A DNA stretch of 63,954 nt, the filler included, from Elsinoe ampelina (Eukaryota): NCBI GenBank assembly GCA_010093995.1. It is 6 parts of 6 records of this genome, joined end to end, with 100 filler letters (N's around TTAATTAATTAA, not from the genome) between each part and the next. Parts side by side here need not be neighbours in the genome. Positions count along the whole stretch, not along the records: positions 38,148 to 49,020 come from ML992572.1; positions 49,121 to 59,472 come from ML992573.1; 4 more parts are not named here. One strand, 5' to 3'. The first letter of the stretch is position 1. Every line of letters starts with the position of its first letter. The position numbers and the translations under genes are program-made. Positions 39,968 to 52,400 of the stretch are shown here, in pieces. The notes under the pieces were generated by a model. It saw only the letters and a program-made list of their open reading frames with translations, had not been told where the DNA came from and did not search any database.

Positions 39968-41876
39968 GTCGCCTTGTGGATGCTGAAGAACGGGTGGAGG
40001 AACATGCAAGGGGCAGGATTCACGATTCCGCAGCGATCCGAATCGACACCTGCAACATTGATGCGACCTACAACGTCAATACACGAGATCAACATACACG
40101 TATTGACGGGACGGACGTGATACCTGCGCCGGAATGGTTTATTGGACGGGAAGAAGACGACAAAACGCCAATGAGATGTACACTGCCCACTTTCAGCGAT
40201 CGGGAAGACGGACACGAAGCGAATGACTGTCTACTGGCCGCGGACGACCGTTGGCTTGCTTCGGCAATCGTGAAACGTTTTTGTTCACAATGGGCGACAA
40301 GACCTGACGTGGTTTGCGAAAAAGAGACGTGGTTGGTTCACCGCTAGAAATCTCTGCGGCGGCCGCCAAGGATAGCACAGTTTACCGTTCATGCACGATG
40401 CAGGACGTTTCTTCGAGAAGCTCCCTCTCTCCTTGTTCCCGCGGCGGAACAATCCTGATCCTGCCCGGTCTCTGACATGCACCCAATCTTTTACGTGCCC
40501 TCAACGCGATACAAACGTTACTCGCGTCTCGGGATCGGACAAAGTCCTCTGCATCAGATGTTGTGAATATTCGAAACGCGACGAGGAACCCGTCGACCGT
40601 GAATGTATCATAACAAAGTGACGACATTTGTCGCAACATAGGAGATGTTGACGGACACATCTCTTGCATTCGATGATCGTGGCATTCATTTCGACGATAC
40701 ATTTCCCATCGCGTCGATTCGCGGTACAGGGATGCGTTCAATAGCGACCCTTCAAGACAATAGATCTGCTGGCACAGTCACGAGCACAAGCGCCGGGCAT
40801 TAAAATCAAGAAAACAAAATTGCCTTCCGTGACCGCAAAAACTGGTTCCGGTATTACGTGTAGAAGGCGTCAAGCGGGTTTGTCTTGGATCAGAGATTCG
40901 TCGCAAGATCGCAAAGATGGTGAGCAGAGTCAGTCCAGCAGCGAGGAGGGGTAGTACTGACTCTGGGTAACATCAGCACCCAATCCGATCTCTTGGTTTC
41001 AAGACTTGACTGCTTTCAGAAATGCTCAAGAACCGTTGTCCGCACTCGTTGTCTACAACTCGGTATCATAACGGCCGCCGTGCCAACCAGGTTATGATGA
41101 TCGACGGGGAGTACTCCTCTCCTAAACAGTCGGAGATACAATCACCATGACACTGGGGAGAGAACCCTGTGCAAATCGACGAGCTTGGAAGAGATCAAGA
41201 TGTTCTGTTCGGGCGGGAGCCTTGCCCGATTTGTATCGTCGATGAGTACCGCACGTCAGCGGAGACAAAGGGTCTTTCTCCTCTCGCAGCCATCGAAGAA
41301 ATGCTTCCCCATCGAACCCCGTCACACCGCGATAGCCTCAAACCTGATCAAACCTTTATTCGCGAACCAAGATGTCCAATCCAAACGGCCGGGACACGGC
41401 ACTCTCATCCAAGCCTGATTTTACGCGGCCTTCTTGGTCTCTTCCATCCTTGATAACGACCGTCATTCCCGTCTGTCAAAGAGAGACTCACGCCACACTT
41501 ACTGTAGCATTCTGCGACCGCTTGCATCCGACTTCCTTCTGCACGACTGTTCTCACCGTAATTAATTCCTGTCGGCCAACTGTTGACATAACGCGGCTGA
41601 GGACAACGACTGTTACCGCCTGAAAGCCACCATCGGCTGATCCCATTACTCCTATTTCAACGGCCGGAGCAACACATTCGGGCATTGCAGAGCTATATCA
41701 CCACTACCGGTCTGCGGTATTGATAAAGCACTTTTATAACACGCGTTTGCGGTCTGGACTGTCAACTTCTATGGGGATAACTTGAAGTTTGATACCATCG
41801 TTCACGCATATCTATTCTGCACAAACTGCCGCACGACCGCAAGGATCACCAGTTCAGCTAGCAACACACTTTCACA

Positions 41877-42561
41877 ATGCCACGATTCGGATTACTCAAT
41901 CCTCACGACCAGGACCCAGAGCGGGTATGTTCAATACCACTCCCATTCGTCAATCCCATACTGACATCCCCAGGCCCAGCTCGTCCAAGCCTACATGGTC
42001 CTCCGCTCCCAACAAACCTCCGTCCAACGCCGCCTCTCCTCCCCACCACCTGAATCCCCTTCATCCTCCGCCGCCTCATCCCCCGAAACCCGCCCCCTCG
42101 ACTACGACGCCGAGGGCGACCTCACCCCCGTGACGCCCATCCGGCGACGCTCCTCCCACACCACCTCCCCCTCCGCCTCGCCCCGAACAAGCCACTCCCA
42201 ACGCTCCCCCTACCTCCGCCGCCCCTCCGTCCCTTCCATCCCCGAAATGCCCGACACCGAAACCCGCATCGACACCGACTCGGACAAGCTCGACAGCATC
42301 AACCTCAAGATCAAAGCCACGCTCACCGATCTGCTGAACTGCGAGAGCGTAAAGTCGGACGAGCGCATGCGGAGTTGGGTGCAGACGCGGCTGATGGACG
42401 CCCAGCAGACTTTGAATGAGCGGCGGCGGCACTCATCGGGAGGTGCGCATAGGAGGGTGAGCAGTGCGGTGCAGGGGTGGGGCTACCCGGGGATGGTGAT
42501 GGGGGGTTGGAGGGTGGAGCAGTTGATGGAGGGAGAGGGGGTGAGGAAGTTATCGATATGA
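41877..42561 (+). CDS. Hypothetical protein (Ser/Pro-rich with helical C-terminal part)
   Basis: MPRFGLLNPHDQDPER | GTATGT..CTGAC..CAG intron | AQLVQAYMVLRSQ..KIKATLTDLLNCESVKSDERMRSWVQTRLMDAQ, in frame with ORF 41995-42561. Confidence 0.7.
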
Positions 42562-43362
42562 ACTATCACCAAAGCACCACCGACGACAGACACTTTTTTT
42601 TTGCGGCTTTGTGGAAGGATATACCCCAGAACGGATTACGACTTGGCTTTTACTCACTGGAGGATTGGATGGGGTGGTTCATGCATGGCACGCTTGGGGA
42701 CTGGGTTGATGTTGGGTTGGAAGGAGGCATTCTTCTTCAGCACATATATGATCACGACTTATGGTTTGCGCTTTTTGGTTCGTGGGAGATACCCGGTGGT
42801 TATTTGGATTAGATCGACAGAAGAGTTTCTGCACCAGACAGAGATGTCAAAGGCAAGAAGAACAGCTCTGCCGAGCGTGGTAGTCGTCGTCTTTGATGGG
42901 GAAGGATAAGCTATCAATGAGGAGCTTTACCACCCTACCATTCATAATCTCCCCGTGACTCTCCCTTTGCCGCTGCCGACGAACATTGGGACGGTGATTT
43001 GTTGGAATGGTGGTTGAGGGGAACGTTACCGCGTCAAGGAACTCTTCGATTCATATTGTCTGTCCCGTATCGCCTTTTATATTCAAGGGCTGGTACCTGG
43101 TGTACTGTACTGTGATCTTCCGCTCCATACCTAACCTCCGCGGCCCGCATATTCTGTTTCCTTCCAATCAACCAACCATCTTCCACCTCTCCCGCTTCCA
43201 TTCTCGCTCCTCTCTCTCGTCCCGAGAATCATCTTCCGTCGCCGTCTCTCTCCCCTCCCTCCTTCAACCCGCTTCTCCAGCCCTGTACCCTCTCCACCCA
43301 TAGTCGTCTCCGCATAGTCTTCCTCCCCGCCCCTGATTCCCCACCCTTCATCTCCTCACCAC

Positions 43363-44419
43363 CTACTTCTCCCCATCCAAAAACCTCCTCATCCCCATAT
43401 GCGCCACCTCCACCCCCAAGAAAGTCGCCGCGTTAGCCGGCACAGCCCTCGCCAACGCCGGCCCAATCCCGGGGAAGAACCCCCTCACGCCCCCTCCTCT
43501 CACATAAATATCCCTTATCGTCCCGCCAATCGTCGGCCGTCCCTCGGCGCTCTGCAGCCGACTCTTGATCGTATCCACGGGGAACACGGGGATCCACATG
43601 GCCACCCCCGCCGCGCCGCCCGCGGCCATGACGGCCGTCAGCGACAACTGGCCCGTCGGGTTGCCGTTGCCGTCTACGGGCGAAAGGCGGCGCTTGATGT
43701 ACTCGTACGTGGCGAAATACGCGGCCGACCCTGGGCCGTCGCGCGCGAACGTCATGACGCTCCCGCGGAAGACGGAGCGGATGCCGCCTTCTTTGTACAG
43801 CTGGCGGACGACGTCCACGCCGCCCGCGTACTTTGGCTTCTCGCCCGGCGCGAGGGTTTTTTGGCCTTGGATCTGCAGGAGGACTTTGACGCGTTCGAAG
43901 GGGGCGGTGATGAGGGTCATGGGCAGGGCGGAGAGGAGGCCAGCGGTGGAGATTTGAGAGATGGTGAGTGGGGCTGAGGGGGTGAGGGAGTGTGATGCGG
44001 AGAGGGACGTGACGATTTGTTTGCCTACGTCGTAGCCCCAGAAGGAGACGGCGAACATGGGGGTTACGCCGACGAGGGGGGCGGAGACGCCGGCGTAGAG
44101 GCCCTGGGGTGGTTAGTGGGGGTGGGTAGAGGGGGGAAAGAGGGGGAGGTACTCGGGCGAGACCTTCGCGGGCGATGGTCTTCTTGACGACGTCGACGGC
44201 GCCGGTGTAGACTCCTTTTTCGGCGGTTTGCAGGCGCACTTTGACGAGGTCGAAGGGGTGGCCGACTACGACGGCGCAGATGCCGCCTACGCCGCCTGCG
44301 ACGAGGGCGCGAAGGGATTGGAATGTGGATTTTGTGGCCTTTGCGACATCTTCTTTGAGCTCTTCTTTCGAGGGGAGCGAGTCCTTGCTTGGGATGGGGA
44401 TTGGGGATTTGGAGGACAT
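43363..44419 (-). CDS. CRC1: Mitochondrial carnitine/acylcarnitine carrier (Crc1/AcuH type)
   Basis: Three PxD/ExxKxxxQ carrier motifs (GHPFDLVKVRLQ, APFERVKVLLQ, FPVDTIKSRLQ), RDGPGSAAYF and RAVPANAATF; one intron near 44104-44150. Confidence 0.9.
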
Positions 44420-45034
44420 GATGGCCTCGAGGGATCTCTGGTTACTCGCTGGTGCGGCGGCTGAAGGTCTACACGGCCAATGCTACGCGATTGACTTCTT
44501 CTTGCTCTGCTGTGGTAAAGGGGGGTTGCGCTGAGATCCTTGTGTGACGGCCGTTCAAATCGTTCGCAGAGCGCCAATTGCACGAATGAATGACGAAGTG
44601 AGAAGCGATTGACCTTTGAGATGTCCTATAGCGCTGCAGAAATTGTCGCGTGCGGTCTGATCCACTTCAATAACCGAAGCTTGCCGGGGTTGATCAAAAA
44701 GTGAAGCTCTCCGGATGACAGACCCAAGGAACAGGGCACATGCACATGCATGCCTCGGCCCGCAGCTTTTTTGGGGGCTTTTTGGGCGGACGTCACTCCA
44801 GGCTTCGGGCGAATGGGGGGACAAGCACACTGCCGCTTTTCTGCCTCTCGGGCTGAGAACACCCCGCTAAAAAGACCCGAGAGGGAGAGAGTGGCATGAA
44901 AAGGATCGATGTCTTCGAGAAGGAATCACGGGTTGCATGGTTGCTGGTGTGGGCAGAAAATAATCATGGTCGAGTGCACTGGTGGCTCTGTTTATATCTA
45001 TACATCTATCGTTACATTACGTGCGGTCCTCGCC

Positions 45035-45820
45035 CTAGACCTTGGTAAACCTCAAATAAGGCTTCACCTCCCTCACCTCGCCAAACTTCTTCTTCGCATT
45101 TTCAGTGCTCAGACTTGGCGGAACAATTACATCCTCACCAACCTGCCAATCGATGGGTGTGGTCACGCCCTTCTTGTCGCCCGTCTGGAGACTGTCAATC
45201 ACCCTCAGCACCTCCGACGTGTTCCTCCCTGTACTGGCTGGGTACATCATGGTCAACCTGATCTTCTTCTGCGGGTCGATAACAAACACGCTCCGGATTG
45301 TGAATGCAATGCCCTTCTCGTCAATGTTCTTTAGGTCCTGCTGATCCACCATATCATATAGGAATGCGACCTCTCTCTTTGGGTCTGCAATGATGGGGAA
45401 CTGCAGGTCGGTTTTTGACAGCTCGTTGATGTCCTTGATCCACTCTTCATGTTGGCCCAGATCACTCGCTGACAGTCCAACCATCTTGACTCCTCTCTTC
45501 TCGAATTCACCCTTGAGCTTTGCAAAGGCGCCCAGCTCGGTTGTGCATACTGGTGTAAAGTCGGCCGGATGTGAGAAGAGGATGGCCCAGCTGCCATTGA
45601 TGTGCTTGTGGAAGTCGATCTCGCCGTGTGTCGTTTGAGCTGTGAAGTTTGGTGCTTCGGACCCTAGTCGGAGGCGAGGTTGCTCTGCTGGTGTGGCTAG
45701 TCCGCGGCGGAAGTAGAATGTTGGCGAGGAAGGCTTCTTCAAAGCTGCTGTTCGAGAGGCGGAAAGGCGTGCAGCGGTAGACCATGCGCGAGGCGCTGTC
45801 CGAGCGAAGAGGGAGGTCAT
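45035..45820 (-). CDS. PRX1: Mitochondrial 1-Cys peroxiredoxin
   Basis: FSHPADFTPVCTTELG and YPASTGRN; Arg/Ser-rich presequence. Confidence 0.95.
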   Translation of the reverse strand: MTSLFARTAPRAWSTAARLSASRTAALKKPSSPTFYFRRGLATPAEQPRLRLGSEAPNFTAQTTHGEIDFHKHINGSWAILFSHPADFTPVCTTELGAFAKLKGEFEKRGVKMVGLSASDLGQHEEWIKDINELSKTDLQFPIIADPKREVAFLYDMVDQQDLKNIDEKGIAFTIRSVFVIDPQKKIRLTMMYPASTGRNTSEVLRVIDSLQTGDKKGVTTPIDWQVGEDVIVPPSLSTENAKKKFGEVREVKPYLRFTKV

Positions 45821-46542
45821 GATATGTATTGTTTGGTCGTCCTAAGAGCTTGTGAGGAGTTGAAAACTTCGAAGATCTGAGGATTAAAAATCGTTGGCGA
45901 CCTTGAGCTTTCCCAGGATGATGCAATCATGAAGCCGACGTCGGCGGAGCTCCGCAATGTCATTGACTTCGCCGACCTCTCCTTGACGCTTTTGTACATT
46001 CACATTCGTCTACGACAGTCCCATTTAGCATCTCATTTGACCAAGTCGAGGCCTGGACCATCACTGCGGGCCCTGACATGGTCGCCTACGACTGCCAAAC
46101 GCCTGACAGGACGCTGGACGGATCACCGACGACCATGACCTTGACACATGGCGAACGTTGCGATACTGCAGTCCTTACTCTCGCCTAATGGCACAAAGAC
46201 GGCTCGTCTTTGGGTGATCTTTCCGGCCGTTGTATTTTCTTGCCTCAGCAGACGAGATTACTCTCTCCCCGTCGGTCCTGAATCCCAACGGTCGTGGCCA
46301 CGACGTTGTGCGAACTCGTGCTAGTTTCGAAAAACACTCCCTTTTGACACTGGTGACAGGAGACTAGTGGCTATGGTATGTATACACAACGATGGTAGGT
46401 CTCGAGCTATAAGGACTAGTGAAGCCCCTCGCTGTCTAGGTCTTTGCCACGCTTTTCTCTTCTAGCATTAATACTTCACACTTGCTTGACCACTAACTGG
46501 TCGTCCACTCCTTCAGAACCGCTCCCATTCACATAACCCAGC

Positions 46543-47304
46543 ATGCTCTTCCTTTCAAGCGCTGTCGCACTTGCAGCGGCTCTACCACTAGTATCAGCAC
46601 ACGGCATTGTTGACACAATCGTAGGAGGTGGTCAGCCATGGCAAGGCAACAACCCGTGGCAAGACGTCTACTCTCCCGGTTGGTCAGCCGACAACAAAGA
46701 CTACGGCTATGTGTGGGACGTCAATCATATCAACATGACATGCCATCGAGCTGCCACCCCCGGCGCGCAATATATCCCCCTGGCCGCAGGCGACACCGTC
46801 AAGGCCAAATGGAGCGGACCTTGGCCGCATCCTGGTCCCGTCATGAGCTATCTCGCCAAGTGTCCTGGTTCTTGCACGACCGTCAACCCTGCAGATCTCA
46901 AGTTCTTCAAGATCCACCACTCCGGTCTGCTCAAGAACCCCAACGCAACATCAAAAGACCTCTACTGGGCGGCGAACAAGTTGCGAGACAACAAGGACCA
47001 AGCCAACATTAAGCTGCCTCTCAATATCGCGCCCGGCAACTATGTCCTTCGACATGAGATCATCGCCTTGCACTCGGCATTCAACCTGACTGGTGTGCAG
47101 TTCTACCCGCAGTGTATAAATCTCAAGATCAGCGGTGGAGGAAACTTGCAACCCGAGGGTGTGCCGGCGACGAAGCTATACAAGCAGGATGAGCCGGGTA
47201 TTCTGATCAACATCTACTGGCCTGTGCCGACCAAGTATCCCATTCCTGGTCCGGCGATAGCGGCTGGGTTGCAGTTCAAGGGGGGAAAGAAGTTCAAGGC
47301 GTGA
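46543..47304 (+). CDS. AA9 lytic polysaccharide monooxygenase, no CBM
   Basis: Signal peptide ending VSA then His1; HPGP, GNYVLRHEIIALH and QFYPQC. Confidence 0.94.
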   Translation: MLFLSSAVALAAALPLVSAHGIVDTIVGGGQPWQGNNPWQDVYSPGWSADNKDYGYVWDVNHINMTCHRAATPGAQYIPLAAGDTVKAKWSGPWPHPGPVMSYLAKCPGSCTTVNPADLKFFKIHHSGLLKNPNATSKDLYWAANKLRDNKDQANIKLPLNIAPGNYVLRHEIIALHSAFNLTGVQFYPQCINLKISGGGNLQPEGVPATKLYKQDEPGILINIYWPVPTKYPIPGPAIAAGLQFKGGKKFKA

Positions 47305-47475
47305 CTTCAATCATGACCAGCGTATATATTTTCACGAATCGACTCTGTCGAAGAGACTGAATGTGAATATTGTGTCAGCTTGGCTCCGTCCATTCACTGA
47401 CAGATCACCAAGTGAAGTTCGACGCAAGATTTCGCAAGAGCTTGTGAACGCCGAACGTTCCTGCCTCGCTCATGC

Positions 47476-48384
47476 ATGATCTCACATTGTCTCCCATCTC
47501 ATGATATGCCAACCCATCACAGCAGCACATCGCACAGCCTCGGCTCGATGGCCGCTCCATGGGCATCTGTTGCTGTCAGAAACCACGATGATGAGCAACA
47601 CGATCGCATCAGTCTTCTCGACTTGCCACCCGAACTGCGTCAAATCACATGGCAGTTCGTTTATCAGGACGTCGTAGTGTCTTGGAGAAAGACAGGGCAC
47701 ACACTCAGACGCTCAGGAGATGCCGCAGAGAAGCAGACTCGCGATGCCATTGATGGTAAAGATGATCTATCAGACCGCGAACCCAACCACCTCCTTGGAC
47801 TGCCGCTGGCTTGCAAGACCATATCTTATGAAAGCTTGAACGCACTCTACGCCAACCTCACCATTCACTTCAGGATCGACACTTCTAATCCCATCGCAGA
47901 AATCCTCACCTCGAGATTGACTAGGTTGACTGTACATCTTGGATCTAAGGTCGGATCGAACGGGCTTTCATACACGACCTACCTCACGACCCCACTCAGC
48001 ATTCAACAACAAAAATGGACTTCCTTATCTCTGTTAGTTGCAAAAGTGAACACTCTCAGGTATTTACGTGTATACTCTTACTGCCCGCACGTTTCGCACC
48101 GAGAGTGCCGGGAAGTGCCACGTTGCGCGAAGACAAGCCTCGGCGGAATGTGGCATTCCAGAATGGCCATACCGAGAAGCGATCGAAAGAGAGGCTACTA
48201 TGTAGGCCGCGACGTCGAAGATTTCATCGGACCACAAGAGATGCTTCTTAAGGACTTGAAGAACGTCAAGGACAATCTGAATATGCAGTATCCCAACCGA
48301 GACAGAAGCATACGTCTGCACACAATCAGACCCTGGCCGGAGGGACAGACCTCGTCTATCTCATCGACGAAACGTATACGTTGA
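47476..48384 (+). CDS. Hypothetical protein with N-terminal F-box-like motif
   Basis: SLLDLPPELRQITWQFVY and LPLACKTISYESLNALY motifs; 302-aa ORF. Confidence 0.6.
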   Translation: MISHCLPSHDMPTHHSSTSHSLGSMAAPWASVAVRNHDDEQHDRISLLDLPPELRQITWQFVYQDVVVSWRKTGHTLRRSGDAAEKQTRDAIDGKDDLSDREPNHLLGLPLACKTISYESLNALYANLTIHFRIDTSNPIAEILTSRLTRLTVHLGSKVGSNGLSYTTYLTTPLSIQQQKWTSLSLLVAKVNTLRYLRVYSYCPHVSHRECREVPRCAKTSLGGMWHSRMAIPRSDRKRGYYVGRDVEDFIGPQEMLLKDLKNVKDNLNMQYPNRDRSIRLHTIRPWPEGQTSSISSTKRIR

Positions 48385-48765
48385 GGAAAAGCCGAACAGG
48401 ATCAAAGTCCATGCTGACCAGCTGTTGAAAACGACAGCAGATGGTTTTTGAAGAAAGGCAAGGGTGAATCCGGAACAGAGCAGCGGAACATTTTCCGCCC
48501 ACAGTCCCGATGATGGACCCCGCGACCGGCTCCACTCCGCACTGAGGGGGGCATCAGAGTTCCGCGGGGGAGACAGAGACGGGTTGATAGCTACCGAATG
48601 GGAAGAATTATTCTCTCGTCTTTGATCCTTGACTTGTTGACCTCTACAACCATTCTGTATCTTCCTCGATTTCAATTGACCCACCAGACATACGAAGTAC
48701 TTGACGCAAACAGAGGCGGGTACCGATAGGACGCATCTCAACTGCAGAGACCAGGCACAGCAGAG

Positions 48766-48858
48766 ATGGCAGCAGTACAGAAAGTAGCATTGATCACGGC
48801 GGGGACAGCAGGTCTAGGAGCTCAGATTGCACGAGTACTGGCGCCGGACTATCGAGTG
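48766..48858 (+). CDS. Short-chain dehydrogenase/reductase, first exon only (contig ends in the intron)
   Basis: KVALITAGTAGLGAQIAR Rossmann motif followed by a GTACC donor. Confidence 0.7.
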
Positions 48859-48930
48859 GTACCTCTACACCTTCTCATCACCTCCGTCCCACGCCCTCCT
48901 CCAATTGCAACACCACCAGCACCCACTCCT

Positions 48931-49020
48931 CCCCATGCACAACCACTCCCTCCTCCCCATGCACAACCACTCCCTCCTCCCCATGCACAACCACTCCCTC
49001 CTCCCCATGCACAACCACTC
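48931..49020 (+). repeat. 24-bp minisatellite (CCCCATGCACAACCACTCCCTCCT, about 3.75 copies) at the contig end
   Basis: Directly visible. Confidence 0.9.
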
Positions 49021-49120
49021 NNNNNNNNNNNNNNNNNNNNNNNNNNNNNNNNNNNNNNNNNNNNTTAATTAATTAANNNNNNNNNNNNNNNNNNNNNNNN
49101 NNNNNNNNNNNNNNNNNNNN
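49021..49120. other. Artificial contig spacer
   Basis: 44N-TTAATTAATTAA-44N. Confidence 0.97.
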
Positions 49121-49487
49121 CGGCGAGTCAGCGAGCTCAAACCGGCGAGTCATGCTAGAGGAGGAGGTTCTGACTTCTGGCGACAGGTCACGCACCTACT
49201 CAGAGCACTTCCTCTGCGTGACCACACCATAGAGGAAGTCTATGAGTAGACTTTCAAGTCTACACAAAGTCTTGCCAGGCGTAGACCAGTTCGTCACGCC
49301 ACGCTTTCACCACATCACGCATCTCAACAAGACGATTGCATGGCACAAAGGTCCCGAGTGGGGGTTTGCTCCTGATATATATATCACAGGACATCGATTG
49401 TCAGTAGCGCCGTCGCCAACCTCGCATCATTCGTTCAATTACCAGAAAATAAAAGATAAAAAAAAATCCAAAGTCACCACGAAGATG

Positions 49488-52400
49488 CTACTCAAATAGA
49501 GCCGCCATCTCCCCCACCCTCACGTCCCAATGATACTCCCTCTTCTTCATCTCCGCCATATCCTTCGCCGTCAACCCACTCTCCATCTCCTTAAGACCAC
49601 GATCCGCGCCGTCGCCCAGCAAGAACCTCACGGCGTCAACCGCCCTCCTGTCCACGGCCCAATGCAGCGGCGTCCGTCCCGTCATGTTCGCAACGTTGAT
49701 GTCGACGCCCGCCTCGAGCAAGGCCTTGATGCAGCCTACACTACCCCTCGCCGCGGCAGAATGAATCGGCTGGCTCCCGTTGATCAGCTTGACTGCTGGA
49801 TCGGCCTTGTGGTCGAACAGCAGCGCCCGCAGAGTCGCCTCGCTGCCTTGCTGCGCGGCGCAATGAAGTGCTGACCACCCGTCTTCGACTTGCTCGTTGA
49901 CGTCGGCGCCGCGTTGTACAAGCAGCGACATGACGGACGGCCGACTATCTTTTGCCGCTGTGTGGAGTGGTGGCTCACTGTAGTTCTTGAAGCTGCTCCG
50001 CAGGTGAACGTCCGCGCCCGCGTCGAGTAGAGCGCGGACGATGTCCGTGTTGTCCAGCGTGCAGGCATTCGTGAGCGCCGTCATGGTCGTGAAGTGGCGG
50101 TCGTTCCAGCCCGAGCTGTTTGGGTCCGCTCCGAGGCGCAATAGATGGCGTACGGCTTCCACGCTGCATGCTGAGACGGCGATGAAGAGACACGTTGTGC
50201 TTCGATCTCCCTGGCTGGCTTTGTTCACGTTGGCACCAGCTTTCACCAATTGATCAATGACGGTCATGTCCTTCTGCTTCGCGGCGACCATCAGAGGAGT
50301 CTTTCCCAGATTCAGATTGAACAATTTCCCACGTCCGTAGGCGTCTGGGTCAGCACCATGATCGAGAAGCCAGTCGATCATATTCTTCTGGCCTGTGATG
50401 ATAGCTGCCTGTAGCGGAGCATCGGCCATTTGAACATCTGATGCTCTTCTGTGCACCTCCCCTGACGGCATGTTGACGTCGGCTCCTTGATCGACAAGGT
50501 ATTCCAAAATTTCAATCTTACCACCATGCACGGCTGCTTGTACAGGCCCGCCGTAGCTGCCATTTGGATTGTGCAAATCAGCTCCGTGTGCAACAAGTAG
50601 TTTGACCGTCTGGAGATGTCCTCCATATGCTGCGACTTGCAGCGCTGGCCCATCAGCTCCATCGGGTTCAGTCTGCCCACCATTGTCGAGTAACAACTTG
50701 ACAATTTCGAGATGCCCTTGGCGTGCGGCCTTTATGATGGCAAAGTCATCCATGTCTTCTCCATTGACGTCTGCGCCTTGTGCAACCAGATCTCTGACAA
50801 TGGCCAGATGGCCATTCCCAGCGGCTCGGGCGAGGGCAGAAGCAGGTGGGTGTCGGCGGGACGAGACGATGCGCTTTGACTCGGGCTTTGCGCCCTTTGC
50901 GAGCATTTCAGAGACCAGATTGTGATGACCCATTGCAGCGGCATAGTAGAGGACTGCATCAGGGGCCTTGACTCGGAACAGCTCTAGCATTTCCCAATCT
51001 GATTCGTTAAGCACGTCGTCAAGTGCATGTAGTGCCGTGTTCTCACTACAGCAAGGTAGCATCGCCTTGACGCAGTCTCTATGACCGTTGCGGACCGCCG
51101 CTCGTAGGGGATTGTGAAACTCCCCTTTACGGTTATAGAAGTTGGGATCTTCACCACTACGAAGCAGGCGTTCCACCACATCGGTATAGCCGCCTGCCGC
51201 CGCTTGGAGGAGAGATGTACCTTCCATCGGTCTTAGCTCGCCACCAGCCTTGATGTTGTGACTCTGCAACATGTCAAGAATCTTGCTATCACCCCTGCGT
51301 GCAGCGATATCCACGACATCTCTCAACGACTCATGCCAGCATCCAGTGTCCAACAACATCTTGAAGACTTCATGATGGCCGTGGAAAGCAGCAGCGCTCA
51401 GTGGTGTTCCATGGACGCCTTGTTTGAGGTGATCAAGTGGAGAGAAGTATTGATCGTCGCACATTCGTTTCACCAGCTCGTGAAGGTTCTGAACAGACGC
51501 GAGGTAGAGAAAGCTCGGTGGATCGCACCTCTCGAAATCCGGTCCTGCCCACGGTCGATCGGGGTCGAAAATCTTGTGCCACTTGTTGTACTGCCTCTCA
51601 CGAGACAAGCCACAGATGAAGAAAGAGTAGGCTTGATGGACAGCGACATAATGGTGTTCTGAATTTTCAGCAAGGCGATAAAAATGCGTCCAGTATTCCG
51701 AGGCGTATCGCAGCAATGGAAGAGCATTCAAGTCCGCTTCGGTCACTTCCTTTTCGACATTGAGGAGATATGCAATGAGACTTCTGGTGGCCATGCAATA
51801 GAAGTCATCAAGCGTCTGAGGTATCGAGAGCGGGATTGGCAAAGCGGCAAATGGCATTCCCAGTAGATAATCCTTCACAGATTGATGGGCTAATTGCAGG
51901 ATATCGTGCTCAGTTGTGATTCCGTCTCCGTCTTTGAGAACGATTTTCTGTGCCGTGACGAGCGTGGAGCAAATGCGTACTAGATCAGTGGGATCTTGAA
52001 GCCGCGCATCCTTATCGAAGACTGTTTCGCCATTGTCCTCATAGTCAATGGCTAGGATATCAATGGCTTCCCCAAATCGGATCGGGCGCGGCGAAACAGC
52101 GAGCCATAACAGTATCTTTGCAGCGTATGGCAGATGCTCCTCATCGATACGTGCAAGAGTGGCGTGGTATGTCCCAGCTAGGGACTTCGGAAGAGACTTT
52201 AGTGTTTTTCTCACGTCTTTGGCGGTCAAGCATTTGCTGATGAGGGAAAGCATGCACTCCACTCAACGGAACCTTAGGCACGTCAATTACAATCAGATCA
52301 TCATGCCACTCAGCAGCCACTTACATGCCGTCGGCAGCCTCGCTCAGAGTGGTCTGGACTTCCTGCCTGAGATCCTCCCGCCATCTTTGTAGCTTTGGTT

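Noticed and set aside
48859..49068. Pro/His repeat protein (PPPHAQPL)n fused to an SDR
   Set aside because: The repeat follows a splice donor and is better explained as an intronic minisatellite at a contig end.
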